Origin: an uncultured Clostridia bacterium
GTDB taxonomy: Bacteria > Bacillota > Clostridia > Oscillospirales > CAG-272
Direction of reading: 5' to 3'
DNA length: 64,000 nt
NCBI GenBank assembly: GCA_944381085.1
Contig: CALWJX010000093.1
Coordinates: forward strand, 11,240-75,239
Under the pieces are notes generated by a model. That model saw only the letters and a list, made by a program, of their open reading frames with translations, had not been told where the DNA came from and made no database searches. The position numbers and the translations under genes were made by a program. How positions within the stretch are numbered: position 1 is the stretch's first letter; every line of letters starts with the position of its first letter. Positions 47,559-56,654 of the stretch are shown here, in pieces.

Positions 47559-49443
47559 CCGAAGCATTGGAAAACTAACATCGGTGAGCCAGCGCGGAAT
47601 CATTGCCGAAATCTACTCTGGATTAGGAAACTACATCAGCACAAATGATGGAGTTCGGTTTGTCGGTGAGGTAGGGTCGTATGTTTCTATCTACGATGTT
47701 AACCGTACTATAATCGGAGAAATAACCGGCGTTGAAGAAAAACCGCAGTTCAAAAACGCCGAACTGAATAAGCCAAACAGCAGCCGCTTGGCAACTATCA
47801 ATCTTGTTGGGGAGATCGTTTCAGAACGGTTTTACTTTGGTGTGTCAAAAATGCCTCTCGTATTTTCTGATGTCAACATCATTTCGCAAAACGACCTTAG
47901 AATAATGCTTGAGGTTACAGACGATGAAACTGTTGTAGATAAGGAGAATGGTAAAACTCGTGCTGAATTGCTGAAGCTTGGCACATCGGTCATTTTCCCT
48001 GATTACTCCGTGAAGGTAAACATAGACAAGTTCTTTGGCTTTCATTTTGCCGTGTTTGGAAACACAGGTGCCGGAAAATCGAATACCATAGCCACAATCA
48101 TGCAGGAGATCTTTCGCAAGAAAGACTATGCAGCTAAAGGTGCTAAATTTGTCTTTATAGATTCCAACGGTGAGTATGCAAAGGCATTTTCGGAGATTTC
48201 GCAAGTAAACGAGACAGTTCAAGCTAAAGAGTTTGTCGCCTCGGATGACGATTTGGTAGATAATCGCCTTCAGATACCCGTGTGGGCATTGAGTGCTGAT
48301 GACTGGGCTATTCTTCTTCACGCATCAGAAAAAACACAAATTCCTATACTTAAGAGGGCAATAGATATAGCAAAGAGTTTCTTTGATGAAACCACAAGCA
48401 ATACTGATGTAAGAAATCATATACTCGCAAGTTCCCTTGTTGGAGTGTTTTGCAGTTCGGATTCGTCCCCGTCCAAGGGAGATAAGCTGATTAGTATTCT
48501 ATCCACCTTTATGACGGATGAAATAAGCCTTGATACGCAAGTCGGAAAGGTACAATATCAAGATGGACGAGAACGAAAAGAAACAGATGGTACATTAAGA
48601 GCTGCCATTAAGGTCGGCTTTGGAAATATGTTGTCGCCTGAAACTGTGATAAAGTATTTGCAAAAGTTTATTAAGTCGGATATTGCTGATAGCCTTTCAA
48701 GCTCAAAAGCTGTCCCTTATTCACTGCAACAGTTTTCAGAGGCAGTGCAGTTTGCGACCTTATATGAAGGGAGTATCAGCTCTCAAAGGATACAAGAGTA
48801 TACCTCAACACTGGTAACTCGGCTTCAGTCCCTTCAAGATGGTATTCAAGGGAAAATACTTGTTAAGACTGAATATGATTCAATAGACAGCTTTATCCAG
48901 AGTGTTCTTGGCATACATCAGATTGTCAATATCGATATTAGCTCTTTAGATGACGCTTCCGCTGAAGTGGTGGCAAAAGTCTTTGCCAAACTTCTCCTTG
49001 ATTATTTGCGAAAACGAGAGAAAAAAGCCGATATGCCAATAAATTTTGTGATTGAGGAGGCTCATCGTTTCATACGCAACGAAACGAATTACGGGCCTCT
49101 CGGATACAACATCTTCGAGAGAATTGCAAAAGAAGGGCGTAAATATGGTTTGCTTTTGGGCATATCATCTCAGCGTCCGAGTGAATTGTCTAAAACTGTA
49201 GTTTCGCAATGCAGTAACTTCATCATTCATAGGGTACAGAACCCAGATGACCTTCAGTATATTTCGAGGATGGTTCCCTATGTCAATCAGGGTATGATAG
49301 ATCGATTAACATACCTTCAGACTGGTCATGCGCTTGTTTTCGGTACGGCGATTAATCTGCCAACGCTTACGAGGTTTGATGAAGCATCGCCTAAACCTGA
49401 TAGTGAAAATGCAAAGATTTCGGAACGATGGTATGTTGAATAA
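47551..49443 (+). CDS. HerA-like (DUF87) hexameric ATPase, partner of SIR2
   Basis: ATG 47551 overlaps the SIR2 stop by 8 nt. Walker A FGNTGAGKSN, Walker B NFVIEEAHRF, and the GISSQRPSELSKTVVSQCSNFIIHRV block. Confidence 0.85.
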   Translation: MNSRSIGKLTSVSQRGIIAEIYSGLGNYISTNDGVRFVGEVGSYVSIYDVNRTIIGEITGVEEKPQFKNAELNKPNSSRLATINLVGEIVSERFYFGVSKMPLVFSDVNIISQNDLRIMLEVTDDETVVDKENGKTRAELLKLGTSVIFPDYSVKVNIDKFFGFHFAVFGNTGAGKSNTIATIMQEIFRKKDYAAKGAKFVFIDSNGEYAKAFSEISQVNETVQAKEFVASDDDLVDNRLQIPVWALSADDWAILLHASEKTQIPILKRAIDIAKSFFDETTSNTDVRNHILASSLVGVFCSSDSSPSKGDKLISILSTFMTDEISLDTQVGKVQYQDGRERKETDGTLRAAIKVGFGNMLSPETVIKYLQKFIKSDIADSLSSSKAVPYSLQQFSEAVQFATLYEGSISSQRIQEYTSTLVTRLQSLQDGIQGKILVKTEYDSIDSFIQSVLGIHQIVNIDISSLDDASAEVVAKVFAKLLLDYLRKREKKADMPINFVIEEAHRFIRNETNYGPLGYNIFERIAKEGRKYGLLLGISSQRPSELSKTVVSQCSNFIIHRVQNPDDLQYISRMVPYVNQGMIDRLTYLQTGHALVFGTAINLPTLTRFDEASPKPDSENAKISERWYVE

Positions 49444-49458
49444 AGGAGTATTTTGATT

Positions 49459-52131
49459 ATGTACAATGTCGGAGATTTGGTGTTTGATACCGCCACCGGT
49501 GCAAGTGTCCAAGTGTTGGAAAAGATTGAAGCATGGGGCTATGTGTCCTATCGCGTCTTCAATCTTGCTACCGGAGCTGTTTATAAGGCAACGGGAGAAC
49601 AACTGAATATGGATGGCGGGACCAATACATACGACGAAAACTATCTCCGGTATGTTACACTCTTATCAAAGATCCGCAACGAGACTGCAGGAGGACTCCT
49701 GTCATCTCTCGCAAGCGGAGTCATTCCGCTTCCTCACCAGCTCCATGTTCTGAATAGGGTAATGGAGAATAACACCATCCGCTACATTCTTGCTGATGAA
49801 GTGGGGCTTGGTAAAACTATCGAAGCCGGAATGGTCATCAAAGAGTTAAAAGCTCGTGGATTGGTAAAGCGTATTCTGGTAGTTTGTCCTACCGGTCTTG
49901 TTACTCAGTGGGCGGCAGAAATGCAGGACAAGTTTCATGAGAAGTTCAATGTAATTCTTCCGTCTGACTATGATACTATTCGCCGTCTGACCGACAACGA
50001 GGATGTCTACGGACAATACGATCAGGTCATATCTCCGATGGACTCTATCAAGCCCATCGAGCGCCACGCCGGTTGGACAGAAGAGCGCGTCGAAAAATAC
50101 AACGAGGAACGAATCTATTCCATTATCAATAGTGGATGGGATTTGATTGTTATTGATGAGGCACACAGAGTTGCCGGATCAACCGGCGAAGTTGCGCGAT
50201 ACAAGTTGGGTTATCTGCTCTCTCAGGCAAGCCCATATCTACTGCTGCTTTCTGCAACGCCCCATAACGGCAAAACTGAGCCTTTCTTGAGGCTTGTTCG
50301 CCTTCTTGACGAAGAAGCCTTCCCTAACACAAAATCAATAGTAAAGGAACAAGTTGCGCCTTACCTGATTCGTACAGAAAAGCGTGAGGCAATAGACAAT
50401 AACGGCAACAAACTTTTCAAAAATAGAATTACGCATCTCGTGGAAATGTCTTGGGACGAGCGTCACACCATGCAGAAGGAACTCTACAAGCTGGTTACAG
50501 CTTATGTCTCGAAGACCTATAACAAAGCGCAACGCAATCGAAAAAAGAATATGTGCTTGATCTTCCTGCTAATCATCATGCAGCGCATGGTAACAAGCAG
50601 CACAACAGCGGTACGCCAAAGCCTTGAAAGAAGACTCGATATTCTCAAGTCTCAAAGTACGCGCATCGGCTCTCTTACCGAAGAAGATTTGGCTGAACTT
50701 GATATTGAGGACGGTGTGGAAGAAGCTCTTGAAGCAATTTCTCTTGATTTGGATGAGGAAATATCAGAGCTTGAGAACATCATTTCCATTGCAAAGCAAG
50801 CTGAGTTTCAGCACCCAGATGTCAAAATTGAACATCTGCTCAATACGATAGATGAAATAATCGGGGAGGACCGCGATCAGAAGATAATCATCTTTACTGA
50901 GTTCGTTGCCACTCAGCAATACCTTGAGCGCATCCTTACAAGTAACGGGTACACTGTATCTACCCTCAATGGCAGTATGACAATCGACGAAAGGAATCTT
51001 GCTCTCAAGGATTTCCGAGATTGCGCTAACATATTTATCTCTACTGATGCCGGTGGAGAAGGCTTGAACTTGCAGTTTTCCAATATTATCATCAATTACG
51101 ATCTTCCATGGAATCCCATGAAGATTGAGCAAAGATGTGGACGAGCTGACCGTATCGGGCAAAAACGCGATGTTCATATTTACAATTTCATCATCGGAGA
51201 TACTGTTGAAAACCGTGTTCGTCAAGTTCTCGAAGAGAAGCTATCCGTTATTTTTAAGGAAATGGGCGTTGACAAATACTCTGATGTTCTGGACAGCGAA
51301 GTTGCAGAATGTGACTTCACGGATGTATATATGCGCTCAATCAGCCATCCAAGCAAGATTGCTGAATCACTTTATCCTGTCGAGGCAGAAATGAAACAGC
51401 AACTTGCTAATGCAAAGAAATATAAGGATGTAATCCGTGAAGAAAAAGACCTAACGACGCTCGTGGGCAGCGAATCTGATTTTGATGTTGAAGAAGCGTT
51501 GCGTATGGTTTTGACATACTATGATCGCTGGCAAGGAGAGCAACTTAGCCTGTTTGATCAAATTGCCATAAATGATGAGAAAGTAACGAAGCACCTGAAT
51601 GTGGACATTATGCAGGATCGCTTCTCGCCAATACTTTCCGTCGGAATAAAGAACTTCCCTAATGAGGCTGGTTATTTTATGCTCTGGGAGCTGTCATTGT
51701 CCGATAATGATGCAGATAAAAGAATCGTTCCTATATTTGTCAACAACAACTTTGTTCTGCGCCCTATGGCTGGAAAACGGATAATGGATGTATTTCTTGA
51801 TCCAAACTCAAAATTGACTGTGGGTAGCAGAGCAAATATCTCAAATGATGAGTATGAGCATCTTGAGAAGATGTGTATGGAGTTCGCATATGACACATTT
51901 GTTGATCTTAAAGAAAAGCAGCTTAAGCGAAATCAGGAAAGCTACGACAAGTATATGTATGCTTTGTGCCTGAGAATAGAAGCGGCACAGCAAATTGGTA
52001 TTGAGAATATACGGAAAGCCCGGTTGAAAAGATTGGACGAGGAAAAGCGTTCTATCGAAGAAACCTATATTAAAGGACAAAAAGTATTTCCTGACTTCCG
52101 CTTAGTTCTTCTTGCTGGATTGGAGGCTTAA
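49459..52131 (+). CDS. brxHII: SNF2-family helicase, BrxHII-like
   Basis: Start re-called to ATG 49459 (AAAGGAG RBS). Has ADEVGLGKTIEAG (motif I), VIDEAHRV (motif II), and a helicase-C region (STDAGGEGLNLQ...QRCGRADRIGQ). Confidence 0.8.
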   Translation: MYNVGDLVFDTATGASVQVLEKIEAWGYVSYRVFNLATGAVYKATGEQLNMDGGTNTYDENYLRYVTLLSKIRNETAGGLLSSLASGVIPLPHQLHVLNRVMENNTIRYILADEVGLGKTIEAGMVIKELKARGLVKRILVVCPTGLVTQWAAEMQDKFHEKFNVILPSDYDTIRRLTDNEDVYGQYDQVISPMDSIKPIERHAGWTEERVEKYNEERIYSIINSGWDLIVIDEAHRVAGSTGEVARYKLGYLLSQASPYLLLLSATPHNGKTEPFLRLVRLLDEEAFPNTKSIVKEQVAPYLIRTEKREAIDNNGNKLFKNRITHLVEMSWDERHTMQKELYKLVTAYVSKTYNKAQRNRKKNMCLIFLLIIMQRMVTSSTTAVRQSLERRLDILKSQSTRIGSLTEEDLAELDIEDGVEEALEAISLDLDEEISELENIISIAKQAEFQHPDVKIEHLLNTIDEIIGEDRDQKIIIFTEFVATQQYLERILTSNGYTVSTLNGSMTIDERNLALKDFRDCANIFISTDAGGEGLNLQFSNIIINYDLPWNPMKIEQRCGRADRIGQKRDVHIYNFIIGDTVENRVRQVLEEKLSVIFKEMGVDKYSDVLDSEVAECDFTDVYMRSISHPSKIAESLYPVEAEMKQQLANAKKYKDVIREEKDLTTLVGSESDFDVEEALRMVLTYYDRWQGEQLSLFDQIAINDEKVTKHLNVDIMQDRFSPILSVGIKNFPNEAGYFMLWELSLSDNDADKRIVPIFVNNNFVLRPMAGKRIMDVFLDPNSKLTVGSRANISNDEYEHLEKMCMEFAYDTFVDLKEKQLKRNQESYDKYMYALCLRIEAAQQIGIENIRKARLKRLDEEKRSIEETYIKGQKVFPDFRLVLLAGLEA

Positions 52132-52133
52132 AA

Positions 52134-53597
52134 ATGTTTGGAAGCTATCTCTATGAGCAGTCAGCAGCTCAGTACACAAATAGAATATTGATTATTGACT
52201 GCGACGGCTTAGGAGATCGCATTCAACTCGAAAAGGTATTTGAGGATCATGGCTTTATAGTGTTACCGTACATTGATGATCTTTATTTCCGCGTTGAGCA
52301 GCATGACAAACTCAGTTGTGAATCAGAGAAATATGCCGTAATTGTCAAACCAAGCCAATACATTCCCTACGACATATATCATGAGTTTACCCCGTTCAAA
52401 CTTACATATGCTAAGTTGTTCCCCAAACTCAGTGCTGCTGTACTGAAAAATCGGAATGATATAAACCTTGATCTGCTGGTCATGGCATACAAAAATTGTT
52501 TTTCTGATTTGTCCGTGAGTCAGTTGACTGAACAGTTTATCCAACGAAAAGTCTATTCACGAGAAAACATTCAAATATATCTTGATATTGCTGTCAAAAA
52601 GCTGTCTGAAAAATGCTCCACGGCAAGCAGTTATCAAGATTGGTTTGCCATCGCAGAAGATAAAGCTGCCATCGATGTCATGGCAACGGAATATGATGTG
52701 TCTGCTGATACAGATCGGTTTCATGCGTTATTTGTTGACTTTATTGAAAGCAATTTCGGAAAATTGTCTTCCAAAATTGATCGTGCTACGCCTGTAACTG
52801 TCAGCAGAGCTATGGAATACATCAAAGATCATAGCGACAAGTTTGTAATTATTGTCATGGACGGTATGTCTGAATTTGATTGGGAAATAATCAGCCGGTC
52901 ATTCAAAGGATTGGTATATGACAAATCCAACATATTTGCAATGATACCTACTACAACATCAATTTCAAGACAATGCTTGCTCTCTAATAAATATCCGAGC
53001 CAGCTTATGGAGCCGTGGAAGCAAAGCAAGGAAAAGCAAGAGTTCTTTGATTGCGCTAACGGTTTAGGTTTTACTAATGAACAGATTGATTATGTTAGAG
53101 GATACGAAGTTAGTTTCAGCTCCTTTGTGAAATGTGGCGCAGTAATTATAAACGATGTTGATGATATGGTTCATGGTCAGCAGCAAGGACGAATTGGAAT
53201 GTTTAATGACATCTCTGTTTTGGCGAAGCAAGGGCAACTTGCAAGTTTGACGAAGCGATTGCTTAACGCTGGTTACGATGTATATATCACAGCAGATCAC
53301 GGAAACACGCCATGTGTTGGAATGGGAAAACTCATGAAAACCGGCGTAGAAATAGAAACCAAGAGCCGCAGAATGCTCGTTCTCAAAGACTTTGCGGATA
53401 AAGATAAGCTGCTTGAACAGTATTCGCTTATTGATTATCCGAAGTATTACTTGAGTAAAGAGTTTGATTACCTCATTTGTGGCGTTGGATGCTCCTTTGA
53501 TGCAAAAGGAGAAGCAGTAATGTCGCATGGTGGCATTACGATAGATGAGGTAATTGTTCCATTCATAAAGGTAAAGGCGGTAGACAATAATGGCTAA
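52134..53597 (+). CDS. pglZ: PglZ-domain (alkaline-phosphatase superfamily) protein, short form (487 aa)
   Basis: FVIIVMDGMSEFDWE, YITADHGNTPC and MSHGGITIDEVIVPFI match the conserved PglZ metal-site blocks. Confidence 0.8.
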   Translation: MFGSYLYEQSAAQYTNRILIIDCDGLGDRIQLEKVFEDHGFIVLPYIDDLYFRVEQHDKLSCESEKYAVIVKPSQYIPYDIYHEFTPFKLTYAKLFPKLSAAVLKNRNDINLDLLVMAYKNCFSDLSVSQLTEQFIQRKVYSRENIQIYLDIAVKKLSEKCSTASSYQDWFAIAEDKAAIDVMATEYDVSADTDRFHALFVDFIESNFGKLSSKIDRATPVTVSRAMEYIKDHSDKFVIIVMDGMSEFDWEIISRSFKGLVYDKSNIFAMIPTTTSISRQCLLSNKYPSQLMEPWKQSKEKQEFFDCANGLGFTNEQIDYVRGYEVSFSSFVKCGAVIINDVDDMVHGQQQGRIGMFNDISVLAKQGQLASLTKRLLNAGYDVYITADHGNTPCVGMGKLMKTGVEIETKSRRMLVLKDFADKDKLLEQYSLIDYPKYYLSKEFDYLICGVGCSFDAKGEAVMSHGGITIDEVIVPFIKVKAVDNNG

Positions 53598-54297
53598 AAC
53601 AGTAGGATTTGCTTGTAGTATAAAGCTACAATGGATAAAAAGAACAATACAACTTCTTGAAGAAGGTCATGACAAAGAGAGCTTCAAAAAAGAGCTAAAT
53701 GATTATTTGAGCTTTGAAATTGAAGGACCGACCAGACTTCGAAAGACAAGAGAAATCTTGATGAATATGTGGTATTACGAGCTGGATGATGTGTCTCCTG
53801 CGCGGAAAGAAGCTCTTTCTTTAATAGAAAAATACCCTGAATATATCGTACCAATAAGCCTATGCATACTCTATTTGGCTTATCCTGTTGTTGCAGATGT
53901 ATGTAAGTTTATGGGCAGAATGTTTGAAGCACATGATGAAATCACAAATGCAATGTTGAAGCAGAAGCTCTTTGATGAATGGGGTGAGCGCGGTACACTG
54001 GAAGCAACCAGCCGTCGCGTAACTCTGACACTCAAAGAACTTGGTCTCATCAAAGATGCTTCTCGTACAAGATACATCTTGACCAAACAGGAAATTACGA
54101 ATACCGAAGTTATCAATTTTGTCATTGCAACGATTATGAAAATTGATGGTGGCAGCTATTACTCCTTTAGTGAGCTTCATGATTTTGTACTTCTATTCCC
54201 GTTTGATTACAAAGTGAGCAAAGAAGAACTTATTACAAACAATCGGTACACCGTAAGCACATTTGGTGGCGAAGTATCAGTTTCCCTCCGCGAATAA
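53590..54297 (+). CDS. BrxA-position protein (DUF1819-like by context)
   Basis: 235 aa. Overlaps the pglZ end by 8 nt and is the terminal gene of the operon, as brxA is in type 3 BREX. The family was not verified. Confidence 0.5.
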   Translation: MAKTVGFACSIKLQWIKRTIQLLEEGHDKESFKKELNDYLSFEIEGPTRLRKTREILMNMWYYELDDVSPARKEALSLIEKYPEYIVPISLCILYLAYPVVADVCKFMGRMFEAHDEITNAMLKQKLFDEWGERGTLEATSRRVTLTLKELGLIKDASRTRYILTKQEITNTEVINFVIATIMKIDGGSYYSFSELHDFVLLFPFDYKVSKEELITNNRYTVSTFGGEVSVSLRE

Positions 54298-54300
54298 AAA

Positions 54301-54343
54301 AGAGCCTCAGCCGACACCCACAATGGGCATCGACTGAGGCTCT
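54301..54343. terminator. Long hairpin between convergent operons. An A-run lies 5' on the plus strand, which gives a T-tract for the minus-strand operon.
   Basis: AGAGCCTCAG(CCGA)...(TCGA)CTGAGGCTCT with an inner CCCA/TGGG pairing, preceded by AAAAA. Confidence 0.65.
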
Positions 54344-54472
54344 TCGCACTTCATAGGGGCTTTAACTTAGTGGCTGAAATCGACACTTATCCGCACAGTA
54401 ACGGAGGAAGACTGCCATATGGGAAAACATACGGGGGTGCTTTCTTGCGCAGCTCCCTGGGCGAAAAAACCG

Positions 54473-54670
54473 TCATTTTCGACCTTTATCCTGACAGTAA
54501 ACCACATCCTCAGACCGCTTTGAGAAATAACGGGAACAGGCAACAACTTCGGTGCGGAAGCTCTGCTTGCAATCATGGATGCAGCGGCGGCACTGGTCGT
54601 TGTACTTTCGTCTTCCGTCCGTGCCTAAGAAGAATGCCCACTCATCCTTCCATTTCCGGCTGCGGCTCAT
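54473..54670 (-). CDS. Small Cys-rich basic protein (65 aa)
   Basis: Its ATG overlaps the stop of the ArdA-fusion gene (TTATGA). Sequence ...CRRCIHDCKQSFRTEVVACSRYFSKRS. Confidence 0.6.
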   Translation of the reverse strand: MSRSRKWKDEWAFFLGTDGRRKYNDQCRRCIHDCKQSFRTEVVACSRYFSKRSEDVVYCQDKGRK

Positions 54671-56424
54671 AATTCCAGATCCCCCTTGCGCTCCTTGTGC
54701 GGCACGGGCTTTTCCTTTGGAGGCTCGGACTTAGATGCTTTAAGCCTGTCCATGATGGAGGACTTTTCGCCTTTCTCAGCGGACTTGTCCTCTTTGGGAC
54801 CGTTGTTGATAATTCCATCAATCATGCCGTAGTCATCCTCCATAGACATCTCGGCTGCCTTCAGCGGATTCTCTCGTTCCAGAGCGGCAATCCATTCGAC
54901 CTTTTCAACGCCGAAAATGCCGCCCTGAGCTGTATGAGCTTTGAGTTCGCTGGCATCCATGACCATGCCCTCCGTGTCATCGCCGTAAAGACGATAGACG
55001 GTGCAGGACTGCATGACCTTGGCAGCAGCTTCCTCTCTCATTGGCAGCATACCGCCCCACGAATAACCATACTCCTTCATCTCATCAACAGAGATGCTGT
55101 CATCCGGCATCCGATCAACAGGCATGACCTCCTGATGAAGCAGATCAACGGTATGCTCGTCAAAGCCGTCGTAGACATCAGGGATTGCCAGCTTGCCGTA
55201 ATTATCGACGATGATACAAGCAGCTTCATCACCGTAGGTGTCATGCTCCATGAGCCAAAAGGAGTGACCGTCAACCTCCATGTGGTCAATCGTGTGCCAT
55301 GTTCCAATGTGACCGGCAACAGCCAGACCGGAGGTGTCCATATTCATTTCAAAGTCCTTCTGTTCTGCTGCCTGATGCTTCTGCTGCTCTTCGGAAATCA
55401 TCGGAATAGCAACAATCTTATCACCGAGCTTTGCAAACTGTTCAGGCGTTTTGAAGTGATCGGTGAACTGCTGCATCAGCTCAGGTGTCAGAGAGCCGAA
55501 GCTGTCATCGGTCAGACCGACCACCATGAAAGTTCCGGCAACGATGTCATAGATGTCTCCGTCATCATCGCGTAGAGCGCGGTTGAGAGGTAAGCCTTCC
55601 AGCTTTGCCTCTTCGTTGCAGACAATGGCAACCGGCTCTTCAAACGGGTACACTGCCTGAATGTAGCCGCCGATCTCATGCTGCAATGACTCAAGACCGG
55701 AGTCAATCTCTTTGGCATAAGGCTCTTTTCCCGGCTCAACGACGAGGACAGTGATTGTGCTGTCATGCTCAGGCTCACTGCCTGATCCGGTGATACGGTA
55801 CTCATCGGGAATATCCTCCCGTGTTCCGTCAAAGTAGTGATTCCAGCCGTCTCCAGTATTGCGGATGTAGCCTTCGTCGGTGAATTTGCCGCTCTCATCC
55901 ATTGCAATGTCGCGTCCGAAACGCTCATAGTCAATGTAGTTGGCAAGCGGTCCGAGTTCTTTTTCGGAGTAGATACCGGCATCGTGAACATAGTAGTAGC
56001 CGAGATCGGATTCATCGTGAATATCGGGGATGAAGTCATAGCAGTCCAGATTGTAGGTCACGTTAATGAGATCGTCAATGTCACTGACCTCATCGCAGCC
56101 AGCCTCCATGATCGCTACGAACTTTTCCTGTTCCCACTTGTCCATCTCGTCGATACGGGACGCAAGGTAGTTGAGCTTATCGAGGCTTTCATACTCACCG
56201 AGCATATCATAAACGCCGTGTACGGGACATTCGTAGTCGGTGATAAACCATTCCTCATAGACCTGACCGAACTCATCCGTCGAGCCGATACCGATTCGCT
56301 CAAAGACCTTCTGCATTTCCTCTTCGGTAGTCGGGAACTTCACCCATTCACCGACAAGCTGACCTTCGTTGTATTTGCCGAGGTTGGTGACAAACGCTTC
56401 AAAGTTTCCATCTAATACGGGCAT
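54667..56424 (-). CDS. ardA: ArdA antirestriction domain fused to DUF3846-like and further C-terminal domains
   Basis: The N-terminus AFVTNLGKYNEGQLVGEWVKFPTTEEEMQKVFERIGI... is ArdA-like. The middle block VLVVEPGKEPYAKEIDSGLESLQHEIGGYIQAV...CNEEAKLEGLPLNR resembles DUF3846 (from memory). Confidence 0.75.
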   Translation of the reverse strand: MPVLDGNFEAFVTNLGKYNEGQLVGEWVKFPTTEEEMQKVFERIGIGSTDEFGQVYEEWFITDYECPVHGVYDMLGEYESLDKLNYLASRIDEMDKWEQEKFVAIMEAGCDEVSDIDDLINVTYNLDCYDFIPDIHDESDLGYYYVHDAGIYSEKELGPLANYIDYERFGRDIAMDESGKFTDEGYIRNTGDGWNHYFDGTREDIPDEYRITGSGSEPEHDSTITVLVVEPGKEPYAKEIDSGLESLQHEIGGYIQAVYPFEEPVAIVCNEEAKLEGLPLNRALRDDDGDIYDIVAGTFMVVGLTDDSFGSLTPELMQQFTDHFKTPEQFAKLGDKIVAIPMISEEQQKHQAAEQKDFEMNMDTSGLAVAGHIGTWHTIDHMEVDGHSFWLMEHDTYGDEAACIIVDNYGKLAIPDVYDGFDEHTVDLLHQEVMPVDRMPDDSISVDEMKEYGYSWGGMLPMREEAAAKVMQSCTVYRLYGDDTEGMVMDASELKAHTAQGGIFGVEKVEWIAALERENPLKAAEMSMEDDYGMIDGIINNGPKEDKSAEKGEKSSIMDRLKASKSEPPKEKPVPHKERKGDLEL

Positions 56425-56437
56425 TCACATCCTCCTT

Positions 56438-56653
56438 TCAATCCTCAAGCAGACTGTCCGGCACGATGTAATACTCATCGAACTCGGCGTCAGTCATGCT
56501 TTCGAGCTTCTGAACGGTCTTATAAAGCAGCTCTGCCATCTCATTGTCCAGATCATTGAGGGGCAGATTTTTCATTTCAGAGATGAGCTTGCTGCGGCTG
56601 GAAGTGTCGAAGCAGCACATCAGATTGGTTTCTTCCACAGTAAACTTGAACAT
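56438..56653 (-). CDS. Transposon-transfer assisting family protein
   Basis: 71 aa. FTVEETNLMCCFDTSSRSKLISEM...TDAEFDEY matches this small ICE-associated family (from memory). Confidence 0.65.
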   Translation of the reverse strand: MFKFTVEETNLMCCFDTSSRSKLISEMKNLPLNDLDNEMAELLYKTVQKLESMTDAEFDEYYIVPDSLLED

Positions 56654-56654
56654 A

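Noticed and set aside
39678-54297. Alternative reading of the locus as DISARM or a type I/III R-M system (SNF2 helicase plus methyltransferase)
   Set aside because: PglZ and a 1230-aa BrxC-type P-loop protein are present. There is no DrmA/DrmB/PLD, and no HsdR/HsdS or Res. The gene order matches BREX type 3.
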